Shown here in pieces: positions 12,604 through 25,700 of a DNA stretch of 48,494 bases. The stretch covers positions 1 through 48,494 of the forward strand of contig FLMG01003062.1 of the NCBI GenBank assembly GCA_900088475.1. Reading direction: 5' to 3'. Each line of letters opens with the position of its first letter. Position 1 is the stretch's first letter. A model generated the notes under the pieces. That model was not told the DNA's origin. It was given only the letters and a program-made list of their open reading frames with translations, and searched no databases. Position numbers and translations under genes: made by a program. The DNA is from Hyphochytrium catenoides. Lineage: Eukaryota; Protista; Hyphochytriomycota.

Positions 12604-14061
12604 TTAGAAGGAAGGTAGGCCAATAAGTCCAAGCCGGAGGAGGTCCCTTGTTATCATACCCTCTAAGTCATGGCCGTCATCCTGCAAGGCGCTCGAGTTA
12701 GTACCATTCCCTACTTGCAGGCGCTGGGCCCTCAGCAGCCAGCCCAAGTTATAGATCTCGTTAACCCCGCTCAATCATGGCAGACGAGAAGCCGTGTGTA
12801 CTTCTAGCTAACTCGCCTCTTACCTTCGAGCGCCAACGTTTGTCAGGAGCCTCGTATACGTAGGTTTGTACGCCAGATATCTACAGCAGACAGCTCTAAG
12901 GACGAGTGCAACAACGAGAGAAATAGGCCATCGCGGAATAAAAAAGAGGAAGAGGCTCTACGGCAGGCAAGGCCAAAGCAATGTCACTTACAGGACTTGT
13001 CATGACCAACGCCTGCTCATCCGGGTCACCTTGAACGTAGAAAGATGTGGAATGGTCGATGACTACCTCTAACCGCGAAGCTGTTGGAAGAGACATCGCG
13101 TGAGCCTTGTTAGGGCCTCCTTGGAGATATGGTGAATTAGAGCAAAAATAAAAATAAAAAACGGTTCTAGGAAGAGGAGAACCGTTGAGGGGAGGCAGCG
13201 CCTCATGGACATTTTTCAAGAGATAGAGGCTCCAAGCGAGCGGAGAGAGAGACACACTTCACAAGAGTAAGCTCGTAGCGAGGGAGGTCAGAGGTGAAGA
13301 GAGGACAGAGAAAGGTCTCAGCTAGCTGTGTAGAGGATAATAATCATTACGACCTAAGCATGAGGTGCGTTATGACTTCTAATGTTAGCGGATAAAGAGA
13401 GTCAACCGAGCTCTTGTGAAGGTCTATAAATGAGAGGAAAGGAGCTCTAACAGATCAGACCTGCTAATCTGACAATCTTCATGCCTCTATTGCTCTCTAG
13501 CATGGGCTGAAGGCATTCCTCTAGCCGTCGAAAGAACTTCTCTTGCCGTTCCACAAAGTTAGAGCTGGTAGCCTTAGCAGCTTTGGGTGCTTCTGTAACT
13601 CTCGATTTGCTACCGAGTTTCCCTGAATAGTTCTTCACTCAGCTTCGGTGCCACAACGGGTTCAATAAAGCCTTCGCAACCATGGGCGATCTACCCTCTT
13701 TCTCATTTCTCATGTTCTTACACTTGTTAACCTCCTTTCACATGCTATAGCGCGCCCCTCACCCTCCTTTTCCCCGCTGTGCTGCTCGTACGGACTGCGG
13801 TAGTGCCTTGTCTTTCCAACTGGACTCCCTACCTCGTCCTACCTCCTTCTCCGCTCTTGCTCATATGTCTCTTATGTTTTGCTCTGCCATAGATAGATCG
13901 ATGAGCCTACCTGCTCCGGGAACTTTGACTCCTCCCGCCCAAGAGGAGAAGGAGGAGAGGGTCTGCAAAGCAGGTAAGGATGACCGCGTAGAGGTATGAG
14001 GTGGCACCCGACGACACCAAGGCACCATGCCCCTTCTCACTAGCTTCAAGGCTCTTATCAT
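12604..14061 (-). CDS. Frataxin/CyaY-like protein, divergent, with predicted mitochondrial presequence
   Basis: Five phase-compatible GT-AG exons (14061-13911, 13622-13461, 13080-12992, 12880-12824, 12681-12604) give MIRALKLVRRGMVPWCRRV...FVERQEKFFRRLEECLQPM...RLEVVIDHSTSFYVQGDPDEQALVMTSPISGVQTYVYEAPDKRWRSKDDGHDLEGMITRDLLRLGLIGLPSF. The SPxSG..Y.Y....W....DGH.L....RDL pattern matches the frataxin fold. The Arg/Ser-rich, acid-free N-terminus resembles a presequence. Confidence 0.85.
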
Positions 14062-14889
14062 GGTTCCCTGGCAGTATTTAAGGATGAAGACAGGTCAATT
14101 GTGTGCTACTAGATGAAGCCTTCGTTAAGCATCTAGTAGCCTTCGTTAACAGCGAGAGCGTCGAGAGATGAATGCGATCAAAAGCTTCGTAGCTTTTGAG
14201 ACAGAGCTGGAGGATCATCAGAGAAGCTTCGCCATCGCGCTTATTATTCTTCCTTACCGCCGCCTCCATCGTCATCTCTACCTTGATTTCCCATGAGGAT
14301 CCCGGCTTCACTCTTCCTCAGTTCCAGTATGTATCTCTCCCACCACTCGCTCTCAGCACTCTCCACAGTTATAGCCCCATTACCCCTATATCTTCTGTGG
14401 CCCTCTGTCTCCTTTGAGAGTGACATTTTCCAAATCTGTACGCTGTCCACTCCACCCAGCCCCCAGGATCGTCCATACAAGTGCAAGGCTCGGAGATACA
14501 AGAGCGGAATACTATCAGGATGTACAAAGCGCAAATATAAGGAGCTATTGGGAGGCAGGGCTGATCCTTAGGATAGAGGAAGAAGGGTTTGAGGGTGAAA
14601 GGAGAATGTCAACAACCACTGATGGCAGGAGATGCAACCACGAGAAGCTGCTTGAACAGAGAAGCAGACACCGGCCCTCAGCTCTTGGAGTTGCACTTCT
14701 CTAGCGAGCTCTCTTCCGTCTTGCACTTCCGTTAAGGTGATAGCAGACGTAAGGAGAGTGCGGGAGGGCAAGCGCTTCCATCGAAGGCCAGTAGTTGATC
14801 GTCGTCGGTCGCTGAGCAGGGTACAGGATCGCAGCATTGGTTCTCCGTCAAGCTGATAGAAGGTGGATGTGTCGTGAAAGTATAGCAGC

Positions 14890-17800
14890 ATGAGGCCCTT
14901 GCGGTACTTGAAGGCACGGGTCTGCCCGATAGAAGCCTCTTCAGAGCTCAGAGATCTGCAATGTGGTATGCATTTGCCCTCATTTGACTTTCGTTATCTT
15001 GCATCCTCAGTATCCAGCTTCCGATGCGTATCTCACTGTCAGCTCTGGCTTCTTGCTTTTTGGTCTCTCTTCTATGGAGCCTGTCCATCAATCACACGGG
15101 ATCCTCGTGAACTGAACACGATACCGTTTTTCTTTTCGTACTAATCGTCCTAAGACAGCCACGCTCCCCTCCTTAGCTGAGATCAAGGTGAAGGCTTCCG
15201 CCCAAGAAGTACCCCGTTTGGTGCCTTCTCATCTTTCAAGTTCGACGCCAAGTAGACCTCACAGAAAGAAGTCAGGAGTGCGGAACATAAAAAGTGCCAT
15301 CTTCTTTCTCTTCTGCCTTCTTTTCGGCCCATCAGCAGGTAGAGCAAGTCCACCCTTTGGTTCACAATTCACGGGCGGTGCTTTGATTGGCTGGTCCTGT
15401 TTCCTTCACTAGTATGAGCTCGCTATTCTCTCCTTTCATTCCTTCCAAGTAAGACCTGACAGTATCTATATACAGCCACACTCAGTAGACTATGCGTTCC
15501 GCGTACCAGAGGCTCTGTGCCTTACATAGCCTTCGTGGCTGTTCCCTATCTGCGCAACGTTAAGCCGCTGCTGGCGCTAGCGCAGCAGTTTCAGGCGAAG
15601 GGTTGTAGGACCAGCATCACAGCAACAGAGGTGTGCCTCCATTCTTTGCCCTTTGCCACGAACAGCTAGTCTTTGGTTTGAATGTGTCATAGACCTCTGT
15701 TAGGTTGCCGTTGTGTGTTCGTGAACGAGCCACGAGGCACTTTCTGTGGGGAACTATTCTCCTACTGTGGCTTTTCTGTCCTTTCCTGTACCGTGCTTGT
15801 TCCTTCTAATAGCTCTACTCTTATATAGTCCCACCAATACTCATCTATCTTCTGCCTACTTCCTGCACGGACCAGTTCCACCCCTCTTCCTTCTCAACCC
15901 TCTTTTGGACTGATTTATCACAGCTTTGGTCTAAGACTCATTTACAGGAACTCTTGCCGCGGTTGCCTCGCAGTAAAGGGATAGAGATAATCTTGTTAGA
16001 AGGAACTGCCAGAGTTAGGCCTAGGATGTATCACCTACAAAACGCCGTACGTGCTGGCAGAACTATGCCTCCGCACTCTACCTACTGCCTGTCGCTATTG
16101 GCGTTTCCTGTATCCTTCTCACTTGCAACATGGCCATCGATGACTCTTCCAGTGCCCTTCCACTCGATAATGCGTCATCTCAGTCTAGCATACCAGCCGC
16201 ACTGTAGGCATTCTTTCTATTGTTCCAATGGTACGATTTCAGTTGATCGGGAACCCTAACTAAACTCATCACTTGCAGACAAGGAGAGACAGCATTTACA
16301 CAGACGTTAGGGACAGTCTCCTCCACCTCGTGCAGTTTCAGGTGAGAGGCGTTGCTCCTTCGTGTGCGGCCTCTTTTTCTCAATTGGCCCGTCCCTTAAA
16401 TGTTTGTTTGGCCAGATGCTTTGCTGTAGTGCTTCACGACGCTGCGTCCCTCTTCAGCTGCACTCTTTGCCACGACTATGGATTCTCCGAATATCTTGTG
16501 ATTCCTTTTCAGTCAACTGTTCGTACTCTAGTTAGCTTGAAAGCACCGGGTGGCTCTGGAAGTCTCTCCCTCCAGCACCAGCCTGTTGACTTCGCCCGCC
16601 CTATTCGCCCTTCATCCATTACCCGGAGTGCAGCGTCCGATGTACAAGATATTGCTAGAGTCCTTTCGGTTAGACTTACCTGATCTGGTAGTGGTGGACC
16701 GCTTCTCCTTTGCGGGGTTTGATGTCGGGCAGAAGCTGGGAATTCCCTATGCGGTCAACTCTCCATACCTCCTGCAGGACCTAGACAATCCTCCAAGTCA
16801 TATACCTGCCCCATACTCAGGGTTTCCTTTAAGTGTAAGGCTTTTCCGCATCCTTTTTTGCCAATTGCCCCCAGTGCCTTTTCCTCCTTCTTGCTCCGGC
16901 TCACTTTATCCGTGGGCCTTGGTGATTCCTGACTATCGCCGTTCTCTTTTGTCCTACTCTATGGCGCCACCAGGATATGAACATGTGGCAACGATGCACG
17001 AATCGTTGGTATAGACTAAAATACAGGATTGCTCTCGTCCAAGTTATTCAGGAGATCAACAAGGTACACGAAGCAGAGGGTACTTGCTTCCAAAATGCGT
17101 GGTTTAGGGCTTAGATGTGAAGTGTAATGGCAAACCGCTGCCCACCTCTGCACAAATTTCAACTAGACCTCTTCTAAATAAACAAAGGGAGTGGAGGTAG
17201 TAGGATCGGACATTGTGGTTGCCAAGGTTTGGAGTTTGGGAGGAGAAATTGAAGCGTCTAAGTGACCCAAATAGTTGGACCTTACTCTACCAATTTCCTC
17301 TTTACAGGCCAGATTAGAAGTCGAACTTCCCGCCCTCTCGTTGCACTATCAGCTCACGGGTCTAAGCTTGGTCCTCACTAATTCCGCCTTTGGGATAGAG
17401 CACCCGAGGGCGCTGCCACCTCTTCAGAACATGGTAATTTGGAGATCAAGACTGGGAAAAGAAGATTGCCATCTATCCTGTAACCTTATCCATCTCCTTT
17501 CTTGGCACACTTGTCCAGGTTGGTCTACTGCTTCCGTCTTTTTCAGATGTGGACCAGGAGCTCGCATCCTGGGTGGCTTCTTTGAGGGATAGGTCTCTAT
17601 CGCTCGTCTATATCAACTTGGGGGAGCATGTGACCCTTCCTTCCCATCTTTACCGGACCATCGTAAGTACTCTGTCAATGCTACTCTGTTACCCCTGGAA
17701 GACAGCATGTCATTTGCCCTTTCCCCTGAGCATGGCACTCCTTGGTGGCCGTTTGATCTTATTGTTCTATCTAGTAGCGTTACAGATTACCTTACTCACT

Positions 17801-19314
17801 TCCCGTAAATATGTGCAGCTTGATGCAGCCTGCGGGGCAGACGATGTGGCTATTCTCATTGTGCTCCCACGTAGCGAGGTAGGCCGCCTCTCCCTCCCCA
17901 TAGGCAGGGGCATCTCCTTCCTTATATTTGTTCCTTGCCTCTTCCCTTCCATGTCAAATCATAGTTTTTTGTCATCTTTCCTGCGCTCCGATCCACGACT
18001 TCTGTTCAACTATTGTTCTGACCCTTGCCAGTTTCTTACTGGCTTAATCTAATAATCTACCACAGTGGGGTGCCTTAGAAGTGGAGAGCCGCACTTGTTC
18101 GAACACCATAAAGCTGGTAGAGTTTGTGCCTCAGACATGGCTGCTTTCCCAAGTGAAAGTCCGGGCTTTCATGTCATCATGCGCTCTGATGAGCGTCCAG
18201 GAGTCGTTCTACTACGGGGTCCCACTAATCTGCATTCCCTTTACGGCTGAAGAGGTGCGATAATCTTCTATGCGATGCCCTCTGTTAAGTCCTACAATAC
18301 CGCGCTACAACCAAGGTTTCTATTCTGGATCGTCGTGGGCTAACCTCTGGCTCTCACCACTGGGCTTCTAAGCATCTTTCTCGAACATGTTACCTATTGG
18401 TGTATGGACATAAGCCTATCTCACATGCCTACCTACCTTGAGTGCATCTACGTTGATGGTTTGTTGCGATGTAGTGAGCGTGGTGACTCTGGTGTTGATC
18501 CCTACTCCGTCGTCCTTCCTTTCAATTTGCTGATCAAGCGACCTCTATTTTCCACTTTCAGATTGAGGTATCTACCGTAGTCGCTCGGCTTCATGCAGGA
18601 GTTTCACTGTCTCCAGACTCCATATCCAGTAGGACCGTAGCACTAGGAATCGCCAAGATAGAGAGTGACAGGTCGTTTGCTTTCTTTTCGGAATATCTGG
18701 GGGATATATTGAGAGGAGGTGGCGGCGTCAAAAGAGCAGTACAATTGCTAGAGGTGGTCCTGCAGACTGATACTATGCGACTTGTACCAGCACACATGTT
18801 CCAGCCATGGTATAGGTGAGTCCATTACCTGGAACATCGTTCCTATTCTATATTATATCCGTCCTTAAGGCTCTCTTACACTTCGCAACTCATCCCGGAG
18901 CGCTTGCACTAGCCACCCCTTGTTCCCGCCATTGCAAGGCCTTCATTTATAGTATTCCCTAGCATGGCACTTTTCGTCGGTCATTTATGCTGTTCTGCCC
19001 TTGGTATGATCTTAATCGGGCGAATATATACGTATATATCTACTCGAGGATGCCTAGTGTTAGAGTGATCTACTGCCCCGCTTTCATTTCTTCCGTTTGT
19101 TGTCTCGATGGCGGTGGTTATAGCATACCGCAGTTACAACCTGCTCACTCCTGTTGACTGACTCTTGCTATTGATCTGTAGACGGTACCTAGTAGACGTG
19201 TATGTTGTTTACGGCGCCGTTCTCTGCGGGGTCGCCGTCATTTTGCGGACATGCTGGACGGCTTGCTGGTCCATTGCAGGTGGTAATGACAGGATGACAA
19301 AGAAAAGTCAATAA
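14890..19314 (+). CDS. UDP-glycosyltransferase (GT1/UDPGT family)-like, C-terminal TM anchor and KKxx motif, degenerate catalytic motifs
   Basis: Exons encode IAFVAVPYLRNVKPLLALAQQFQAKG (N-terminal GT1 motif), PDLVVVDRFSFAG..LGIPY, LTNSAFGIEHPRALPP, VYINLG, a PSPG-like box FVPQTWLLSQVKVRAFMSSCALMSVQESFYYGVPLICIP, GGVKRAVQLLE, and PWYRRYLVDV + TM helix + MTKKSQ-TAA (19312-19314). The start at 14890 is provisional. Confidence 0.85.
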
Positions 19315-19723
19315 AAATAGCTGTCAGGAAGAGAAGCTCCTAGCTTTGGAGGAACGAGAGCAGATCATTGACCCTTTATGCCAAATCATTTTCTGTCGAG
19401 GATATTAGTTGATGAGAAGTGAACTCAGATCATGAGTTCTAATTAGCACTGAGAGCATATCTCTAAAGGATAGGGACAGCGAAGGGGCATTGGTATCGAT
19501 GTTACTTTAAAAGTTCCCGACCCCAATAAATAAGAAGCGCCGCCCATCATTGTGGGCGACCTTGGGACCTTCACTATCCGTCTTAGACCAGGCCCAACGA
19601 AGGGTAAGGTGCAAGTTTGAATATGGAACTTAAACGCGGGGTCAGCGAATCCAGTCAATCCGGGAGTGAGGATGGAAGCGGAACTAGTGAACAGTGTTTA
19701 TAAGGGCAAGGGTAGGCTTCCGG

Positions 19724-22700
19724 TCAGAGTCCATGTAAACCCTCGCCTTCCGAAGCCTGTAGCGTAACACAGTTGTCACAAACCTAGGTGAATCAGAAAG
19801 AAGATGTCAGCCTCCCAACATTAACATTGACCTGCAAGTAGCGGTGCGGGTTGACGTGTCCCCGGCGATTCGAGGTACATGATAGGACTAGACGGTGTAG
19901 TCTTCCACAGGAGATGCTCTTTTCATGAGACAGTGCAGGTCCTTACTCTGACAGGCTCCTTATAGTCCAACTCCGGGATGGGTACAAAGTTGCTGCAACA
20001 TCTATTACAGAATACTTTCCCGCAGTATCGGCAGTGGTGTCGTGTCCGGATAAAATCTCCTGCAAGGACATCCACACCGCGAAGCATCGATAAAGATTGT
20101 GTCAGAAGAGCAGGAAAAATTTACTCGAGAACAAAATATCAAAGCACTGTTTAGGTGATGCTTGTTCTAGTACGTACTCGGCGAGCTCAAAAAGTCATCT
20201 GTACACATACTTACCAACCCCAGGAAAGTAGCGAAACACTTTGCCGCAAGAATAACATTTCTTGGCCTCTTTGTCCGTCTGCCATACTTTACATAGGAGG
20301 ACGATATATACCCAAATGTCAAGGAATAGGCTCAAGTAGAGAAAGGGCAGTCTTACCTAGCGTGCTATTCGTCGAGAAAGGTTGTCGGACCAGTTCTGAC
20401 TCCACTGAGCCGCTGTCTTGGCTGCTCTCCCGCTCGAGCCCCCTAACGTCTCGACTCTCGTCCTTGTTTTGTTGAGCATCTCCAGCTCCCGCCTCTTTCC
20501 TTTTTCCGATGTCTCCTTCATACTCCTCGAAGACATCGCCAGTGACGTAGTCGAGGCTCCCGCTAACGTTGCTGTATTTGGGCTCCTCTTCCTGTGAAGC
20601 AGGAGCGACGAAGGTGCGTATCCTGTCAAGCGTGTGTTTCTCGAACTGCAGCGAAAAAGAAGTTAGACTTCGTCGATGAGAGAACTGTATGCATTCATAG
20701 AGAACGAACACAGTAAGGTACGTCAAGAGCACGTTGCCATCAGTTCTTTCAGGGGACACAAGTTCCACAAGAAGACTATCCCATGTCAAGTACTAACAGA
20801 TCACCTCTTCTTCTTTTCTTTTGACACGATCGTTGGTGATCTGTAGCTCCGCCTCGACTTTCTTCTGGAGCTCCCTCAGCATCCGAGGGCTGCTCGCAGA
20901 TGCTACAGACAGGCTCATAGTGTCTCGCAAGCAGAAAGATCTGCAACGTCAGTCAGCTCCTTGAAAAAGCCTCAATATCACCTCTCACAGGCCACATCTT
21001 CGAATTTTTTTTGCGCTCATCTCTCAGTTTACCAGATCCAATGCTCTTCCTCACTTCAGTCAAAGTCCATCCAGAGGCTCTTGCAGAATACCACTTACGT
21101 CAATGACACTCCCACAGGCCTGGCCACTAACTCCCTCCTTTTCCCACTGCTATGGTTCCCTCATTTCGTCTCCTCCAAGCTTGCTTATTTCTGGTGGCTT
21201 CTAACTCTCATTTTACCTGAACACTTCTTCCTCCTCTTGATGTTCAGACAGCCTGACGATGGGCTCCTGCTGGATCCAGGAGTCATACTTATCCCACAAT
21301 TTTAATTTCTGGCGCTGCTCGTCCGTCAGCACTGAGTAAGCTCGACTCAGGGCTTGTTGGCTTCTGAGTACTAAGCGATACCACTAGAGAGTGTCATTGA
21401 GTTTATTCAAAAGGCGGCAAGTTGAAAGAGGGTCATGAGAGGAGCATCTATAAGAACTTGTGAAGACCAAGGAAGAGGGTTTCTACAAGACGTACTCTGT
21501 CCAAGCCACTTTCTGCGAAAGGGGAAGCTCCTCTCTGGAAGAGCTCAAGCCAAGGGGTTAGGTGCTGTAGCTGCGTGTTGGGACGCAACAATCTGGTTTG
21601 GGCTATGCACGGAACAGGAGCACATCAGCATGAAAAAGAGGCGCACCTAGCCTGGCACTGCTAGAGGGATAAAAGGTGTTATTGGACTTACTCGTAGACT
21701 CGGGTCTCTGATAAAGGGGGTTGATGAAGCAGTTATGCTGGTTGACCGAGAAGAGGCAATCCCACACGTTAGCAGTGCGGACTCGACGATGGTAGTCCAA
21801 ACGTTCTCTCTGGTTGTTCTTGAGGAAGTTTCCGAACCTGCGAAGAGGGGTTATCCCGGACACAAGATTTAAGGGCAGCAGTTAGCATACGAATAGGCTA
21901 GAGCCTTTTTCTAATGGAAGCATGGAATCGTGAAGGTGATTCAGAGAGACAGAACAACGAAAGAGAGAATTAGGAGAGACTGTCATAAGCTCCCAAGGAT
22001 CTGGTCCTGCAAATACCATTGTGAGTATACATGTTCGACAACTTCCATCAAAAACTTGTCATTGTACTCAAACTCCTGTGGGAATTGCAGCACGATTTGG
22101 CGAAGCTGACGTCCAGCAGACGATGTTAGAGCAGATGTGGTAGATAGACCTCAGCAAGAGCTATCGAGCCCCACTGGTTGGAAGAATAATCAAAACAATT
22201 GGAAAGAGAAGCTTTGATTCAAGTTATGAAGATGACTAAACTTGTAAAAGCAAAATCCACTCAACGGGGATAGGAGCCTGACAATGGAAAATAGAAGCTT
22301 GTTGAGAGCTGTTCTTGCACCAGGACAAAATACTAACCGCGCAGATGAACTGCAAGAATATAGGCGAGCTCTCAGTGGTAGGTGGGTAAGTGCAGCGCTG
22401 CGCGAACTTGTGGCCGAAACTAGTTGTTACAAAAGGAAAACAAGAGGGTTCGGAACTTAGATGGTATGGGTGAGGCGGTAGGTTAGCGGTTGGCAGGCAG
22501 TCCAGACGGCCACAACTCGAGAGATCTCCCAAAAACTATAACTATTGCCTCCAACATTTCGCCCGACTAACCTGCACCAATCCTTCTCAACAATGGCCGC
22601 AAAGCCCTCCAAAGATCTATAATAAGGGTCCAGTAGCATTTGCACGAGTGAGCAGATTTGAGCGGTTCGATCCCAACCATCACTGCAATGGACCAGCACT

Positions 22701-25700
22701 GGCTCGCCTGCCTAACATATAGAGAATCAAAATTCGAGCAACGAAGCTCCCAGAGGTCATATGAAGAAGCGTCATAATGGCTAAAGGAGCACGACATCTG
22801 AACAGCCATGGAACGGGAAGACTTCACCTCAAGGTGCTCTGCAATGGCCACGCTCCCTCTTAGAATACTCTGCTGGTGGTGCAACCACTTGCTCCTTTGA
22901 AGTACCGACAGTTGGAGTTGACGACAACCTTAGTCAAACGTAGCTACTCTCTCGAGATGCAAGTTACTGCTCAGTTCAATGAAGGTAGAGACGAGGCAAG
23001 GTGGGAGATCAAGCAACCAAAGAAGCCTTACATATCGCGCAAGATACGTCGCTGAGGGGTATAGAGGTGCCAATGCCTCACCTGTGCACGTTGGTATAGA
23101 ATTCTGCGTCATCTCCCTTGCAGCATGCCTCCGAAAGGCGTTCCATCGACTCACGCACGACGTGAATATTATCAATCCCCAGAAACTTTAACTCTGTCAA
23201 CGACGATGGTAAGGAGTTTTCCACCGCAAGGAGAGAAAGGGACCCTTCCAACACCCAGTACAAGGGTTGTTTGAGGATAGACTAAGCACTCGTTGAAGAG
23301 TTTTTGGTTTGCGCTAACAACGCTAAGGGCACTTCGAGAAAAAGTGAGAATGAGAAAGGGGTTATTATTTGAGAGAGAGGAAGGAGGATCCGGCAGCAGA
23401 CGACAGTCGAGAGGTATCTGCCTTAAAGGTGTAGCATGGCCTACTTGCTCTTGGAACACCATTCTGGCTGTAATGCTCGATCCTCTCGTAGCCCTTGCCA
23501 GCAATTGCATTGCCTGCTTATATGGAGGTAGAGGGTCTCAGAAGGAAGACATGAGTCGACAAATCTCGGAAGAAAAGGGTCTATTGCTCAGGCCTAGCTT
23601 CGTAGCGAAGAAGTTAGTCTCTTCATAGGAAGAAAGTCAAGGTCAAGCGGTTTCGAATACAGTTGCAGATCTGATCACTTCAGGACCTCGAGCATTCTGC
23701 AACGGCCTTGCATCCACTATCATGAGTATCTTGTTTTTCTCTTTTTGATCTTTGACAACCGCAGACAGTGACGCGGCGTCTGCTATGGCTCTCAGGAGCT
23801 CAACGTCTTCAGCATTCATTTCTGCTCTGAGCCCAGTCTTCGGTTGGCTTGAGCGACAGAGAGGAGCTCCCGTGACAGGATGAAGCCATGTAAGGGCTAG
23901 ATGTGAGACAACCACCAATCAGAGAGCAAAGCATTCGCCACTGAACAAAGGACAAGGCCATCAGATAACACGATGAGATGGCACCAGGGCAAAGCTTGGT
24001 GAAGTGGGCACCCGCAATCCAGGCTGAAAGCATAAGGGCAACGAACAGACTAGTGCATAGCCGTACCAGGAACGCGCTGTTTTGACCGAAACTGGGATGC
24101 AAGGACCAGCTGCTCGTCGGTAATAATGGCTGTTGTGATAGGAGCGAGAATTTACTAAGACGACTAAGATTTCCAATCAAACAAGGAAGTCAAGGGCATT
24201 CATGAAAGTGGGGTCAAGTAGGCTAATGCTCTTCTCTTGCGACCTGGCACGACAAGAAGGGCCGGATACGTGGGGCATGCTGAAAAGCCCTTGTTTACTC
24301 GAGAGGTTCTCCAAGCTGGGTGCCGAGTAGCTCCCTGATATCAAAACACCGTTAGACAAGGATTGCAGTTCCCGTAGGGCTTACTTCGACCTCATTCCTC
24401 CCCTACTGCCTACGACCTCTCTTTAGCGTTAGGGTGAGGGTTAGCTTCGCTTTACCTGTCGTTCATACTCTTTCAGTGCATCGTAGGTGAAGGTTCGTAT
24501 GTAGGTCTCTGGAATATCACCGAGACCGGGAGCAGCTAAGGAGAAGCAGGAAAATTCAGGAAAGAGGGATGGAGAGGGTTCCCACTCTACAAAGAACTTT
24601 CTATCGACAACGAATGTGTCATCTCTATGTCTTTCTTCGGCAGAGATGCCTGAGAGAAGAGAGGGTGTATAAATTAGAGACGACGGAAGAGCAAACCTAC
24701 CATCACGATCTGAAAGAAGGATATAAAGGCAAAGGAATGCATACCTGGAAGGTACTTTCTTCTATCATTGGCTGATCCTGTGGTAAGTCGGATAATATCT
24801 GCCTCAGTGAACCCCTCGGGCCATCGTGAGACATCACAGCGGCAGGCAAAGTTTGACTCTGTCAGGAGCCACTCAACCTGCAGAGTGAAGATGGACCCGT
24901 CAGGAGCACACGATTAGCATGCGGCGCGAAGAATGTCTTCCCCCTTGTTGTGCCGCTTTCGCCTCCCCAAGAGACGCAAAAGGGTAAGATATAAGAGCTA
25001 AAGATCGCGTGCCGAACCGTTTCAATGATCTCCTTAAGAGACCTCACTCTCTCCACGTCTGACTGCTGGTAATTGCTTTTAGTGCTTTGGGAAAACCGAC
25101 TCAATAGGAACAGATAGCTTGGACCATGCTGAAGAATAAAACTTATCAGGCCCAATGACAGGATGCGTACGGTTGCTTTTCGACAACCTTACCAAGCATT
25201 TCACTTGACAGCCAGTGGTAAGACTGGGACCCAGATTATGCTCCTTAAGTGTGATTTGACGTATTGAAGCTAGTATAATGGTTACGCAGTCAGATGCTCT
25301 GCTTTGTCTGCAAGGCAACATTGCAATATTAGTGTGAGAAGCCATCTCCTGAGCACGAGTACGACGAAGCCGTTGGGGCCTTACCTAAGGGGAACAAAAA
25401 TAAGCCGATAATTTGTCAGGAGCAAGCTTCCTCGGAATATGTGCGTTCCTAGCTAGTGGCACACCGTAGCATATCATGAGGACCGACTGCCTACCAAGAA
25501 GAGCACGTCGGGCTGGCATAACGGAAGTATTGGTTACCTGGGACTTGGAGGGTGTATAAATGGCTTGGTCCACCTTTGTTAAGAGGAATTCATTCTCAGG
25601 AAGAAAGCGGATGGGAATATGCTGGGTGACAGATTCCTTTGAAGGGTTGAGAGTCGTAGAGCTCCGTTGTCCTTCCCCTGCCCCTAGCTTTATTGGCATG

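Noticed and set aside
14078-14891. Several 60-107 aa ORFs between the frataxin-like and UGT genes
   Set aside because: No recognisable motifs or consistent splice pattern; probably a divergent promoter/UTR region.
19024-19039. 16-bp palindrome ATATATACGTATATAT in a UGT intron
   Set aside because: Low-complexity AT dinucleotide symmetry; single occurrence.
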